DNA from: Myxococcota bacterium
GTDB lineage: Bacteria > Myxococcota_A > UBA796 > UBA2385
Assembly (NCBI GenBank): GCA_044344255.1
Contig: JBIJDH010000003.1
Coordinates: forward strand, 448,001-512,000
Length of the DNA: 64,000 nucleotides
Reading direction: 5' to 3'
A program made the translations under genes and the position numbers. Positions 27,172-35,613 of the stretch are shown in pieces; positions within the stretch are counted from its first letter, which is position 1, and the number at the start of each line of letters is the position of its first letter. The notes beneath the pieces are model-generated. The model saw only the letters and a list, made by a program, of their open reading frames with translations. It did no database searches and was not told the DNA's origin.

Positions 27172-28544
27172 GGGGCGCGCTCTCGCGGCGGATGGGCGGG
27201 CCGGAGGGCCTCCCAGAGCCCCTCCCCGCGCGGGTCATCCCAGGCGATGGGCTGTCCGGCGGCGTCGAGGAGCTCCATCCCGGCACCGGCCTCGACTGGG
27301 CGAGGGCCGAGGAGGGCGACGTCTGGCGCGCGGAGGCGGGCCGACGGCGTGCGGACGCTCCGCTCACCCAGCATCGACTCCGAGCGGACACGCTCTCGCC
27401 CGAGGGCCTCGAGCCCCGGCCCCTGGGTGGCCCCGACCAGGGAGAGCAAGGCGGGGCTCAGATCGGCGAGGCTCACGAGCTCACTTCGCTGGACGGGGGC
27501 CGCGCCGGGCAGCCGGATGACCAGGGGGACGTGGACGTTCTCGTCGTGCAGCGAGACGCGGTGGTTCACCGCTCCGTGGGTGAGCAGGTCTTCTCCGTGG
27601 TCGGAGAGGAGCACGACGACCGTGTCCTCGTCGAGGTCGAGCCGATCGATCTCGCGGAGCACGCGGCCGACGTGGAAGTCGGCGTAGGCCACCGCGCTGT
27701 CGTACACCCCGCGGACGAAGGCCCGATCGGCGTCATCGATGGGGATGCGGGCCGAGCGGGGGTCCGCCGCGTGGAGCTCGAGGGCGTGAAACATCGCCGG
27801 GTTGAGGAAGTGGGCGTCGGTGGACTGGAGCGGGGGCGGGTTGAAGCCGGGGAACCAGGCGTCGTTCGTCAGGCGCTCCCAGAAGAGGGGGTTCTCGGCC
27901 TCCTCCTTTAAGGGGCCGCTGTAGTCCGGGGCGGCGAAGTGGCGGAGGGGCCCCGGCTTGGCGTAGGGAGAGTGGCAGTCGTAGCCGTGGATGAAGAGGA
28001 AGAAGGGGCGATCGTCGTCGGCGAGGTCTCTCAGGCGGTCGATGGCCGCAGGTGCGGTCTCTTGAAAGCTGGCGAAGGGGCGCTGGCTCGTCTGATAGCG
28101 CTGAAAGCCGGCGTCAATGCCAAAGACCGGCGAGAGGTGCCCGCCGGCGACCACCCCCTCGGTTCGCCAACCGGCGCGGGCGAGGCGGGCGGCGAGGGTC
28201 GGGGCGTCACGGCTCAGCCGGAAGGTGCGGTAGTCGAGGGGGCCCCAGGTGGAGGGCAAGGCGCCGAGGAAGAGGCCCGCGTGGCTGAACAGGGTCTCAT
28301 TGGCGGCGCTGTAGGCCTGGGACCACATGATCGACTCGGCGGCGAAGGCGTCCATCTCCGGGGTGAGCGAGCGACCGTCGGGGCCCGCCTTGCCGAGGCG
28401 GTCCGCCCGCATCGTGTCGACCGAGATCATCACGAGGTTGAGCCCTGGCCCGCCGTCGCCGGCTCCGGGTTGGGCGCAGGCGGCCGCGAGTCCGGCGAGG
28501 AGGGCGGGCAGGAGGGGCGCCCCTCGAGGCGGGAGGCCGCGCAC
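27168..28544 (-). CDS. Sulfatase-like lipoprotein (module component A2)
   Basis: Lipobox LAAAC; NLVMISVDTMRAD, NETLFSHAGLFLG, FIHGYDCHSPY, LSDHGE. Confidence 0.85.
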   Translation of the reverse strand: MRGLPPRGAPLLPALLAGLAAACAQPGAGDGGPGLNLVMISVDTMRADRLGKAGPDGRSLTPEMDAFAAESIMWSQAYSAANETLFSHAGLFLGALPSTWGPLDYRTFRLSRDAPTLAARLARAGWRTEGVVAGGHLSPVFGIDAGFQRYQTSQRPFASFQETAPAAIDRLRDLADDDRPFFLFIHGYDCHSPYAKPGPLRHFAAPDYSGPLKEEAENPLFWERLTNDAWFPGFNPPPLQSTDAHFLNPAMFHALELHAADPRSARIPIDDADRAFVRGVYDSAVAYADFHVGRVLREIDRLDLDEDTVVVLLSDHGEDLLTHGAVNHRVSLHDENVHVPLVIRLPGAAPVQRSELVSLADLSPALLSLVGATQGPGLEALGRERVRSESMLGERSVRTPSARLRAPDVALLGPRPVEAGAGMELLDAAGQPIAWDDPRGEGLWEALRPAHPPRERAP

Positions 28545-28561
28545 GCCGGGGGCGCCGCGCT

Positions 28562-30070
28562 CTACTTGGCGGCCATCGCTTGATCTTCAGCAGAGCCCTT
28601 GCTGAGCAGGTCCTTCAGCATCCACAAGGTCGGCTTCTTCTCGTTGAAGAAGAGGAAGCTGAACAGGCTGCCGGCCTGGACATACTTCGCGACGTCGCGC
28701 CAGGTCTTGATCTGCTCGGCGTGGCGGGCCAGCGTGACCGGCCGGAAGTAGAACTCGCGGTAGAACTGACGGTGGAGCTGGATGAGGTCGTCCGGCTCCA
28801 GGCCCCAGGGCACGAAGGTGGGCTCCCAGAAGCTCTTCTCGTTGTTCGTCTGGTTGACGAGCCGGCCCCACTTGCTGCCCTCGCGCAGCCAGGTCTCCAT
28901 CTGCGGGGTCTCGGGCAGGATGGTGTTGATCTGCACGGTCACGTCATGCAGCGGCAGGGACTTGGCGAACTCCATCGTCTCGAGGATGGTCTCGCGGGTG
29001 TCGGGCATGTGGCCGACCATGAAGAAGGCCTTCGGGCGCAGGCCGACCTCGTGCGCCGCGGTGATGGCGGCGCGGATCTTCTCCTTGGTGATGCCCTTGG
29101 AGATGAAGTCGAGCACCTGATCGGAGCCGGACTCGACGCCGAAGCGGGTGCGCCAACAGCCGGCGTCCTTCATCCGCTGAAGGAGCTCGCGATCGACGAC
29201 CTCGACGCGGGAGGAGCAGGTCCAGCTTATCTTGTTCTGGATGCCGCGACGGATGAACTCGTCGCAGATCGCCTGGACGCGCTTCTTGTTGGCGCAGAAG
29301 AGGGAGTCTACGAACGCGATGTCCTTGGCGCCGAAGTCGCGGATGAGGTGCTCGACCTCGTCAGCGATGTACTGCGGCGAGTGGCTGCGGTAGCCCGAGC
29401 GTGACTTCTGGCAGAAGGCGCAGGCGTGGGGGCAGCCACGGCTCGTGATCATCGCGAACTTGGGGAAGGCGTGCTCGTCGACCGGGACCGGCCGGTAGAT
29501 GTTCGGCGGGAGGAGGTGCCGGGCGGGGAAGGGCAGCTCGTCGAGCTCGCGGAACTTCTTGCGCTTCTCGGTGTAGTGGAAGCCGCCCTCCGGCTTACGG
29601 AAGACGATCCCCGGTACGTCCTCGAGTGCCTGGCGGCCTGCGGCCCACTCGACGAGCTCGAGCATCGTGTGTTCGCCTTCACCGAGCACGCCGACATCGA
29701 AGGCCGGGTGGGCCATCGCCTCTTCGGGGACCAGCGTGACGTGGTAGCTCCCGAGCACGATCTGCACGTCGGGCAGCGCGGCCTTGAGGCCGGTCGCCAG
29801 CTTCTTGCAGGTCTCGAAGGTCACCGTGAAGGAGCCGAGGCCGATGAGGTCTGGCTTCCAGGCCTCCACCCGAGCGACGGTCTTCTGCACGTTGAGCTGC
29901 TCGGCTGCGGCGTCGATGACGGCGACCTCGTGGCCCTCCCGCTCGAGCATGGCGGCGATGTAGAGGATGCCGAGCGGCGCCGAGTTGTAGAAGAGGAAGG
30001 AGGTGACCGGGTTGGCGTGCCCCTCTTCGAGGACCTGGTCGATGGGGGGATTGATCAGGATGACGCGCAT
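28562..30070 (-). CDS. B12-binding-domain radical SAM protein
   Basis: APLGILYIAAMLE B12 domain; GEGE; TSRGCPHACAFC; GVESGS. Start ATG 30070 (MRVILINPP). Confidence 0.92.
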   Translation of the reverse strand: MRVILINPPIDQVLEEGHANPVTSFLFYNSAPLGILYIAAMLEREGHEVAVIDAAAEQLNVQKTVARVEAWKPDLIGLGSFTVTFETCKKLATGLKAALPDVQIVLGSYHVTLVPEEAMAHPAFDVGVLGEGEHTMLELVEWAAGRQALEDVPGIVFRKPEGGFHYTEKRKKFRELDELPFPARHLLPPNIYRPVPVDEHAFPKFAMITSRGCPHACAFCQKSRSGYRSHSPQYIADEVEHLIRDFGAKDIAFVDSLFCANKKRVQAICDEFIRRGIQNKISWTCSSRVEVVDRELLQRMKDAGCWRTRFGVESGSDQVLDFISKGITKEKIRAAITAAHEVGLRPKAFFMVGHMPDTRETILETMEFAKSLPLHDVTVQINTILPETPQMETWLREGSKWGRLVNQTNNEKSFWEPTFVPWGLEPDDLIQLHRQFYREFYFRPVTLARHAEQIKTWRDVAKYVQAGSLFSFLFFNEKKPTLWMLKDLLSKGSAEDQAMAAK

Positions 30071-30190
30071 CGGGGCCGCTCCGGAGCTGATGGGGCAGAG
30101 GTTACCCCAGTCTCGGCGGTGTGCCCACGGATCGCCGCCGCCCCGGTGGAGGGGGTTAGCGGGGTCGCCCACCCCTCGACTGGAGCCCAG

Positions 30191-31003
30191 ATGCCGCCCC
30201 GCACTCCGCCTTCAAGCGTCCTCCCGCCTCGTCAGCGCGGGAGGCACCACCTCATCACCGGTGCCGGCTCGGGCATCGGGCGCGCGGTCGCGCTCCGCCT
30301 TGCGGCCGAGGGGGCCAGCGTGAGCCTGCTCGGGCGCAACCGCGACAAGCTCGACGCTGTCGCCATCGAGGCCATCGACGCCGGGGCCGCCCTCGCGCAC
30401 GTCGTCGTCGCCGATCTCACCGACGCCCGCGCGGTCGGCGAGGCCGTGGCAGAGGCCGCCGACGCCCTTGGTCCCTTGGACGGCCTCGTGGCCAACGCGG
30501 GCCAGGGTGGGCCGAATTTCCCGGGCGAGGGAGACCGCTTCTTCGAGATCGTGCAGACCAACCTCGTCGGCACCTACAACAGCCTTCGGGCGGCCCAGCG
30601 GCACTTCGCCCCGGGCCCGGAGGCCCGCCACATGGTCGTCGTGGCCAGCATCCTCGGGCGCTTCGGCGTGCCGTGGTACACCGGCTACTGCGCCTCCAAG
30701 GCGGCCCTGCTCGGCCTCGTGCGGGCGATGGCCCTCGAGCTCGCTCGCGAGAACGTGGCCGTCAACGCCATCTGCCCCGGCTGGGTGGAGACGGACATGG
30801 CGTGGGAGGGCATCGACGGTATGGCCGCCGCCATGAAGACCGACCGGGCGACCGCGCTGCAGGCGGCGATGAGCCAGGTGCCCCTGGGTCGGATGAGCCA
30901 GCCCGAAGACATCGGCGGCCTCGTGGCCTGGCTCCTCTCGAACGACGCCCGCGGCGTGACTGGCCAGGGCATCGACATGAACAACGGCGCGTGGATGGGC
31001 TGA
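30191..31003 (+). CDS. SDR family oxidoreductase
   Basis: TGAGSGIG, ANAG, YCASK, NAICPGWVET. Confidence 0.92.
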   Translation: MPPRTPPSSVLPPRQRGRHHLITGAGSGIGRAVALRLAAEGASVSLLGRNRDKLDAVAIEAIDAGAALAHVVVADLTDARAVGEAVAEAADALGPLDGLVANAGQGGPNFPGEGDRFFEIVQTNLVGTYNSLRAAQRHFAPGPEARHMVVVASILGRFGVPWYTGYCASKAALLGLVRAMALELARENVAVNAICPGWVETDMAWEGIDGMAAAMKTDRATALQAAMSQVPLGRMSQPEDIGGLVAWLLSNDARGVTGQGIDMNNGAWMG

Positions 31004-31047
31004 GGGTCGGGGCTCGCCCACCCTCCGGCTCGGCGGCCGCGCCCGGG

Positions 31048-31803
31048 TCAGGCGGAGAAGTGGGCGGCCTCTTCTAGCTGCTTCGGATCGCGGATGACCA
31101 GCCCCTCACGCTGGGTCTCGACGAGGCCCTCGCGCTGCCAGCGGGTCATGACGCGGATGGTCGTCTCGACGCGGCAGCCGACCATCTCGGAGAGATCCGA
31201 GCGGGAGAGCCGCACGGGGACGAAGGTGCCGCGCGCGTCCTTGAGGCCGACCTCATCGCCGATGCGCAGGATGACGCGGGCCAGACGGTTCTCCACCGGG
31301 CCGTGGGACATCTCGTTGATGCGCTGGCTGAAGGTGTCGAAGCGGCGGCAAGCCTGCTCGAACAGCGTGGCGCATAGCTCAGGATGTTCTTGGATCAAGA
31401 TCCGAAGCCGGTCTGCGGGGAGGCGGATGCCCTTGCCCGAAGAGAGCGCCGTGCAGGTCGCGAACCGGAACGCGTGGTCAGGGCTCCGGGCAGCCTCCTC
31501 TCCGGCGAGCCCGCCGCGGAAGACGATCTCCAAGATGGTGTCGCGGTTGTCCGCGCCCGCGCGGGAGAGCTTCACGACCCCGGTGCAGACGGTGATGAGC
31601 TCGGTCGCCGCCGCGCCCTCCGCCCACAAGACATCGCCGCGTGCGAAGCGGAAGGGTTCACCGTGGTGCATCAGGGCGCTGTTCACGGACGCCGACGAGC
31701 AGGGGCGGGAGCAGGCGCAGCCCACTTGCGTCGCCGCGGGGCCCGCCTGCACGGGACAGATGGTGGAGATGGTGCAGGTCTGGGAGGGGGATTGAAGGGT
31801 CAT
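31048..31803 (-). CDS. Crp/Fnr family regulator with Cys-rich N-terminus
   Basis: cNMP-like domain; VENRLARVIL; HTH LSRSDLSEMVGCRVETTIRVM; N-terminal C-x5-C..CxC-x3-C. Start moved to ATG 31803 because the sigma-54 promoter abuts GTG 31842. Confidence 0.88.
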   Translation of the reverse strand: MTLQSPSQTCTISTICPVQAGPAATQVGCACSRPCSSASVNSALMHHGEPFRFARGDVLWAEGAAATELITVCTGVVKLSRAGADNRDTILEIVFRGGLAGEEAARSPDHAFRFATCTALSSGKGIRLPADRLRILIQEHPELCATLFEQACRRFDTFSQRINEMSHGPVENRLARVILRIGDEVGLKDARGTFVPVRLSRSDLSEMVGCRVETTIRVMTRWQREGLVETQREGLVIRDPKQLEEAAHFSA

Positions 31804-31842
31804 CGTGGCGTCCGGCTCCGAGCGGGGTGGAGTGTCCGTCAC

Positions 31843-31858
31843 TGCAAACTGCGTGCCA
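31843..31858 (-). promoter_or_regulatory. Sigma-54 (-24/-12) promoter of the Crp/Fnr gene
   Basis: Minus strand TGGCACGCAGTTTGCA matches TGGCACG-N4-TTGCW. Confidence 0.85.
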
Positions 31859-31976
31859 GGATGACCAAGGTCAGGATGGCCCGATCGACCGGGGCCGGGA
31901 ATTGCGTGCGGCTGGGTTCCCGGGGCGCCTGCGCCCAGCTTACGTGTGAGATGCCACAGGGCCGAGGAGCTGCAAG

Positions 31977-33377
31977 ATGAAAGAGCGTGCCACCATTTTG
32001 GTTGTTGATGACGAGGAGCTCATCCGGTGGTCCCTGTGCGAGAAGCTGCGGGAGGAGGGGTATCGGGTGGTCGAGGCGGAGGACGGCATCGACGCGCTGG
32101 CCAAGATCGCTGCGCAGAGCCCCGATCTTGTCATCACCGACATCAAGATGCCGCGCATGGACGGCCTCACCGCGCTGCGCAAGCTCCGCGAGCAGGACCG
32201 AGATCTCCCCGTCATCGTCCTCACAGCGATGGGCGGCGCGGACTCCGTCATCGAGGCCACCCAGCTCGGCGCCAAGGCGTACCTGACCAAGCCCTTTGAT
32301 CTGCGGGAGGTGGGCATCGCGGTGGCGCGGGTGCTCGAGCAGCACCGGCTGTCGCACGAGGTCCGTTACCTGCGCGAGCAGCAGGCCGTGCATCGGTACG
32401 GCAAGATCATCGGTACGAGCAAGGCCATGCAGCGCCTGTTCTCGACCCTCCGTCGGCTCGAGGACGTCGACGCCCCCACTGTGCTCGTCGTCGGGGAGTC
32501 GGGCACGGGCAAGGACCTCATCGCCCATGCCGTCCACGAGATGGGGCCGCGAAAGGCGGGGCCGATGATGGAGGTCGACTGTGCGAGCCTGCCCGAGCAG
32601 CTCATCGAGAGCGAGCTCTTCGGTCACGAGCGGGGCTCCTTCACCGACGCCAAGCAGACCAAGCGCGGCCTCTTCGAGGTCGCGCGCGGTGGCACCATCT
32701 TCCTCGACGAGATCGGGGAGATGAGCCCGACCACCCAGGCACGCCTCTTGCGCGCCTTGGAGAGCCGACGCTTCAAGCGGGTGGGCGGCGTGGCCGACAT
32801 CACGATGGACGCGAGCGTGATCGCCGCGACCAACCGGGAGCTCGGCGAGGAGGTGAAGCGGGGCGGCTTCCGGGAGGACCTCTTCTTCCGCCTCAACGTG
32901 ATCCGGGTCGAGGTGCCTGCGCTCCGCGAGCGGCGTGAGGATGTCCCTCTGCTGGTCGATCACTTCATCGAGCGCTTCGCCCGCGAGTTCCGCCGCCCGG
33001 TGAGGGGCGTCTCCTCCGAGGCGCTCCAGCTGATGATGGCGTACCCGTGGCCGGGCAACGTGCGGGAGCTTCGAAACATCATCGAGCGCATCGTCATCCT
33101 CGAGCCGAGCGAGGTGATCGAGGCCTCCCATTTGCCCTCGGAGGTGCGCTTCGGGAGGGCGGGCCGGACCTCGTCGGGGGCCAGCGTGCCCTTCCTTTTG
33201 CCCGAGGAGGGGGTCGACCTCGAGGCGGTCGAGCGGAGCCTCCTGCAGCAGGCGATGGAGCGCACGGCCTCCAATCAGTCGGCCGCGGCTCGGCTGCTCG
33301 GTATCACCCGCTATGCGCTTCGGTATCGTCTGGAGAAGTTTGGCTTGGGCTCTAAAAAGGCTGGAGCTGGAGACTGA
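31977..33377 (+). CDS. Sigma-54-dependent response regulator (REC-AAA+-Fis HTH; NtrC/AtoC type)
   Basis: VDDEE, TDIKMP, GESGTGKD, ELFGHERGSFTDA, FLDEIGE, FREDLFFRL, WPGNVREL, C-terminal HTH. Confidence 0.95.
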   Translation: MKERATILVVDDEELIRWSLCEKLREEGYRVVEAEDGIDALAKIAAQSPDLVITDIKMPRMDGLTALRKLREQDRDLPVIVLTAMGGADSVIEATQLGAKAYLTKPFDLREVGIAVARVLEQHRLSHEVRYLREQQAVHRYGKIIGTSKAMQRLFSTLRRLEDVDAPTVLVVGESGTGKDLIAHAVHEMGPRKAGPMMEVDCASLPEQLIESELFGHERGSFTDAKQTKRGLFEVARGGTIFLDEIGEMSPTTQARLLRALESRRFKRVGGVADITMDASVIAATNRELGEEVKRGGFREDLFFRLNVIRVEVPALRERREDVPLLVDHFIERFAREFRRPVRGVSSEALQLMMAYPWPGNVRELRNIIERIVILEPSEVIEASHLPSEVRFGRAGRTSSGASVPFLLPEEGVDLEAVERSLLQQAMERTASNQSAAARLLGITRYALRYRLEKFGLGSKKAGAGD

Positions 33378-34863
33378 AGACCGCGCCGCAGCCGCCCGGG
33401 TGGCCCTTCTGCTCGAGGGTGAGGCGGCCGCCCATCGACTCGGCCAGCTTGCGGCTGATCGCCAGCCCGAGGCCGGTGCCGCGGGTCTTCGTCGTGACAA
33501 AGGGCTCGAAGAGGCGCGCGACGACGTCGGGCGGCACACCTTCGCCGTCGTCGGCGACGATCACCCGGGGGCCCTGGCCGAGGATGACCCGGATGGGGCG
33601 CTCGCCGGCGGCGTCGCGGGCGTTCTGGAGGAGGTTGACCAGGATCTGATGGACATATTGGGTGTCAGCCAGCACAGCGAGGTCAGAGCGTCCGACGAGG
33701 GTCGCATGCACGCCGGACTGGGCCAGGGCCTCGACGGCGAGGTCCGACAGGCGGGCTGAGCTCAAGCGGGCCACGGCCGGCCGAGCGTAGCCGAGGAGAT
33801 CGGTGACGAGGCGGTCGAGCCGGAAGACCTGGTCTTGCACCTTGGCGAGCACCGGCTTTCGTCTGTCGTCGGCCGCGAGCGAGCCGCCGATGACCTGAAG
33901 CGTGGCCGAGATGGCGGCGAGCGGGTTCCGGATCTCGTGGGCGATGTTGGCGGCCAGGCTGCCGATGCGGGCGAGGTGTTCGGACTGTTGGAGCCGGGCC
34001 TCCGTCTGGACCACATCCGTGAGCTCTTCGACGTGGATCAGCAGGCGGGCCAGCGGGTGCTCGAGGGGCACGAGCGTGATTCGGAAGTGTCGCTCCTCGG
34101 CGCCGGTGCCGAGCACGGCCCTCGGGACGCTCACCTCGTTGCCGACCGACAGGGCTTGGCCGACGTGCGTAGGGAGGTCAGCGGCCTCGATGAGCTCGGC
34201 GGGGAGGAAGGCCTGGTAGTGCCGGCCGAGCTGGGCCTGGCTGCCGAAGAGGCGAGCGCTCGGGCGGGTGGCGGCGGTGACGCGGCCGGCCTCATCGAGG
34301 CAGAGCACGGTGACCGGGAGGTTCTCGACGATGAGGTGCTGGAGCGAACGGAGGCGCTGCTCCTCGTGAGCGTCGAGGTAGGCCGCCGACATGATCGAGA
34401 GCTCGACGTCGGTGATGCGCACCAGGGCGGTGCAGGTCTCCCAAGCGGCGTCGGCGGGCAGCGAGCGGTGGGCGATCTCGCAGAGGTCCTGGCGAAGCAG
34501 GTTCATCGCCGCGAAGACGTAGCGTTCGGGCAGCTTCACGCGGACGTGGACCACGCCGATGCGCAGACGGCGTGCGTGATAGTCCCGGTCGTAGGGGCCG
34601 GTAAGCATCTCGACGATCCAGCGTTGGAGCGTCATCTTCAGGCGCTCCACCTGCGTGGGGTCGTGCAGGATGGCGGAGGCGCCTGGGGAGCGGAGCACCG
34701 CTGTGTAGAAGTTGTCGGTCAACCAGGCGAGGCGAGGCTGGACCGAGGGGAGGAGGGCGCGCAGGCGCGCGGCGTCAGCCTCTCCGAATCGCACATAGGC
34801 CAGGAGCTCGGAGAGGGGATCTCCCTCCTCGTGTCGCGGTGCGGACGCCGTGTTCATATTCAC
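33352..34863 (-). CDS. Globin-coupled (protoglobin-PAS) sensor histidine kinase
   Basis: Protoglobin-like N-terminus (LTDNFY...RLRIGVVHVRV), PAS-like segment, AHEIRNPL, NLLQNA, DDGEG, GTGLGL. Confidence 0.88.
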   Translation of the reverse strand: MNMNTASAPRHEEGDPLSELLAYVRFGEADAARLRALLPSVQPRLAWLTDNFYTAVLRSPGASAILHDPTQVERLKMTLQRWIVEMLTGPYDRDYHARRLRIGVVHVRVKLPERYVFAAMNLLRQDLCEIAHRSLPADAAWETCTALVRITDVELSIMSAAYLDAHEEQRLRSLQHLIVENLPVTVLCLDEAGRVTAATRPSARLFGSQAQLGRHYQAFLPAELIEAADLPTHVGQALSVGNEVSVPRAVLGTGAEERHFRITLVPLEHPLARLLIHVEELTDVVQTEARLQQSEHLARIGSLAANIAHEIRNPLAAISATLQVIGGSLAADDRRKPVLAKVQDQVFRLDRLVTDLLGYARPAVARLSSARLSDLAVEALAQSGVHATLVGRSDLAVLADTQYVHQILVNLLQNARDAAGERPIRVILGQGPRVIVADDGEGVPPDVVARLFEPFVTTKTRGTGLGLAISRKLAESMGGRLTLEQKGHPGGCGAVFSLQLQPF

Positions 34864-34890
34864 ACAGTCATGGTGTACGATTTGGCCCGG

Positions 34891-35571
34891 TCAGGCGAGG
34901 CAACCGCAGAGGCTGGCAGACACCAGCACGACCGCCCGAGACTGCTCCTCTCGTAACACGCGCGCGCACCATCCCTGGTCAGCCGCGCAGCGGGGGTCAA
35001 AGGCCACCACCAGGGGGGCCGAGCGACGCTGGCGGGCGCCGACCGGCAGCGCTGAACCCTCACCATGGTGGGGCTTCCACCTGGATACGGGTCGGGAGAC
35101 CGCGGCGGCAAGAACGGCGGCGATGGCGCTCGCAGGGCTGGAGTCCTCTGCGCTGACCAGGAGCACTTCATCGCTCACGGACATCAGCGGGCTCCCATCG
35201 GGCCCCGGGCGAATCGCGACCACCGGCTGCTTGGCGGCCTCCATGACGGCGCGGGCGACAGAGTCCATGGGGCTGGAGTCCGCCACGCCGCCGCGTGTCC
35301 CCATGATGATCCAGGAGGATGAACGCCGCTCAGCCTGGGCCGGGATCGCCACGCTCGGCGTGCCCTGGCTCGTGCGTAGGCGCGTCGTGATGGAGGCGGC
35401 GCGCAGCGGCTCGGCCAGCACGTGCAGCGCGGCGAGGCGGTCGAGCGAAGGGGGCGCCTCGGTGACGTGGAAGAGCTCCACGTCCAAGTTCAAGGTGCGG
35501 CCGATCAACACGGCGAGGGCGACCGCGCTGCGTGAGGGGGTCGTGAGGTCGATGGGGACCAGGATGCTCAT
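34891..35571 (-). CDS. Universal stress protein family
   Basis: MSILVPIDLT..S..A, LFHV, IIMGTRG...DSVARAVM..AKQPVVAI. Confidence 0.8.
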   Translation of the reverse strand: MSILVPIDLTTPSRSAVALAVLIGRTLNLDVELFHVTEAPPSLDRLAALHVLAEPLRAASITTRLRTSQGTPSVAIPAQAERRSSSWIIMGTRGGVADSSPMDSVARAVMEAAKQPVVAIRPGPDGSPLMSVSDEVLLVSAEDSSPASAIAAVLAAAVSRPVSRWKPHHGEGSALPVGARQRRSAPLVVAFDPRCAADQGWCARVLREEQSRAVVLVSASLCGCLA

Positions 35572-35587
35572 GTTGGGGCCCAGAACC

Positions 35588-35603
35588 AGCAACAAGCGTG
35601 CCA
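35588..35603 (-). promoter_or_regulatory. Sigma-54 (-24/-12) promoter of the usp-kinase unit
   Basis: Minus strand TGGCACGCTTGTTGCT. Confidence 0.8.
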
Positions 35604-35613
35604 ATCCGCTGGG

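Noticed and set aside
28562..30070. RiPP cluster (radical SAM plus nearby small ORFs as precursors)
   Set aside because: The small ORFs are TM or EF-hand proteins without leader/core features, and there is no peptidase, transporter or RRE domain.
29426..30190. N-terminal extension of the SDR ORF
   Set aside because: Antisense to the radical SAM gene; the SDR fold starts after ATG 30191.
31804..31842. ORF-track GTG start of the Crp/Fnr gene
   Set aside because: It lies immediately next to the -12 box, upstream of the predicted TSS, so ATG 31803 is preferred.
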